Assembly (NCBI RefSeq): GCF_006345805.1
Contig: NC_042997.1
Span: 165,168,001-165,232,000, forward strand
Length of the DNA stretch: 64,000 nucleotides
Direction: 5' to 3'
Source of the DNA: Octopus sinensis
Taxonomy: Eukaryota
Shown here: positions 63,615 through 64,000 of the stretch, piece after piece
How the letters are laid out: every line of letters starts with the position of its first letter
How positions within the stretch are numbered: the stretch's first letter is position 1
Made by a program: the position numbers and the translations under genes
The notes under the pieces: model-generated
The model's input: only the letters and a program-made list of their open reading frames with translations
Databases searched by the model: none
Told to the model about the DNA's origin: nothing

Positions 63615-64000
63615 CTCTGAAATATAAATGCCCACACTCTTACACGTATACATATTGCATACTGACAAAAAACGAAAAAATAAATAAATAGTATAGTGAT
63701 GTAAAGAATATATTTTTTAAAAATGCTGCACTCATATAATCTCAATTGTTTGACATAGTTTGTAACAGAACTTATTTTTCTCTGCTGGGAGCTCACATGC
63801 CTTTTGTACCGATTTCCCTTAGAGGGACGTTAGCAGATAACAGAAAATAAAAACATGGAACGAAAACAATAAGAATAAGAGTTCGCTGTTAGTGCAAGTT
63901 GGAACTGGTGTTTGTTGTTAGCTGAGAAAGTTTTTGTCTGCGTGGTGTGTGAGAGGGGAGTCAATGAAAAAAGATGCCAGTCTAGATATCTGTATGTCTA

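Overview
AT-rich animal genomic DNA saturated with microsatellites ((TA)n, (CA)n, (TATG)n, (GATA)n, (GA)n, (TAA)n) and decayed transposons. The SINE families and microsatellite load resemble an octopod cephalopod (recognition only, not verified). I find no supportable host protein-coding exon, and most ORF-track entries are translated microsatellites. TE relics include a hAT/Buster transposase, three mariner relics, a Tc1 relic, a Tx1/L1-type endonuclease fragment, an R4/Dong-like fragment, two Helentron-associated (HINE/DINE-1-like) elements and many tRNA-headed SINEs. The main observation is the ~477-bp tandem array at 5.9-11.05 kb. Each of its 11 units contains an intact, canonical type I hammerhead ribozyme fold: GTTCTG-CTGACGA-stemII-GAAA-stemIII-TA-CAGAAC. 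A divergent 494-bp relative at 45.3-46.0 kb (minus strand) keeps the same fold through compensatory changes and also shares helices and a 13-nt motif outside the ribozyme. This fits a retrozyme-like or Penelope-dependent family that would self-cleave into ~480-nt monomers or circRNAs. Three further minimal hammerhead-like motifs sit in Penelope-like terminal-repeat relics (15.95, 25.1 and 53.6 kb); two of them carry the same atypical CCGANGA core. All ribozyme calls are hand-folded and untested.
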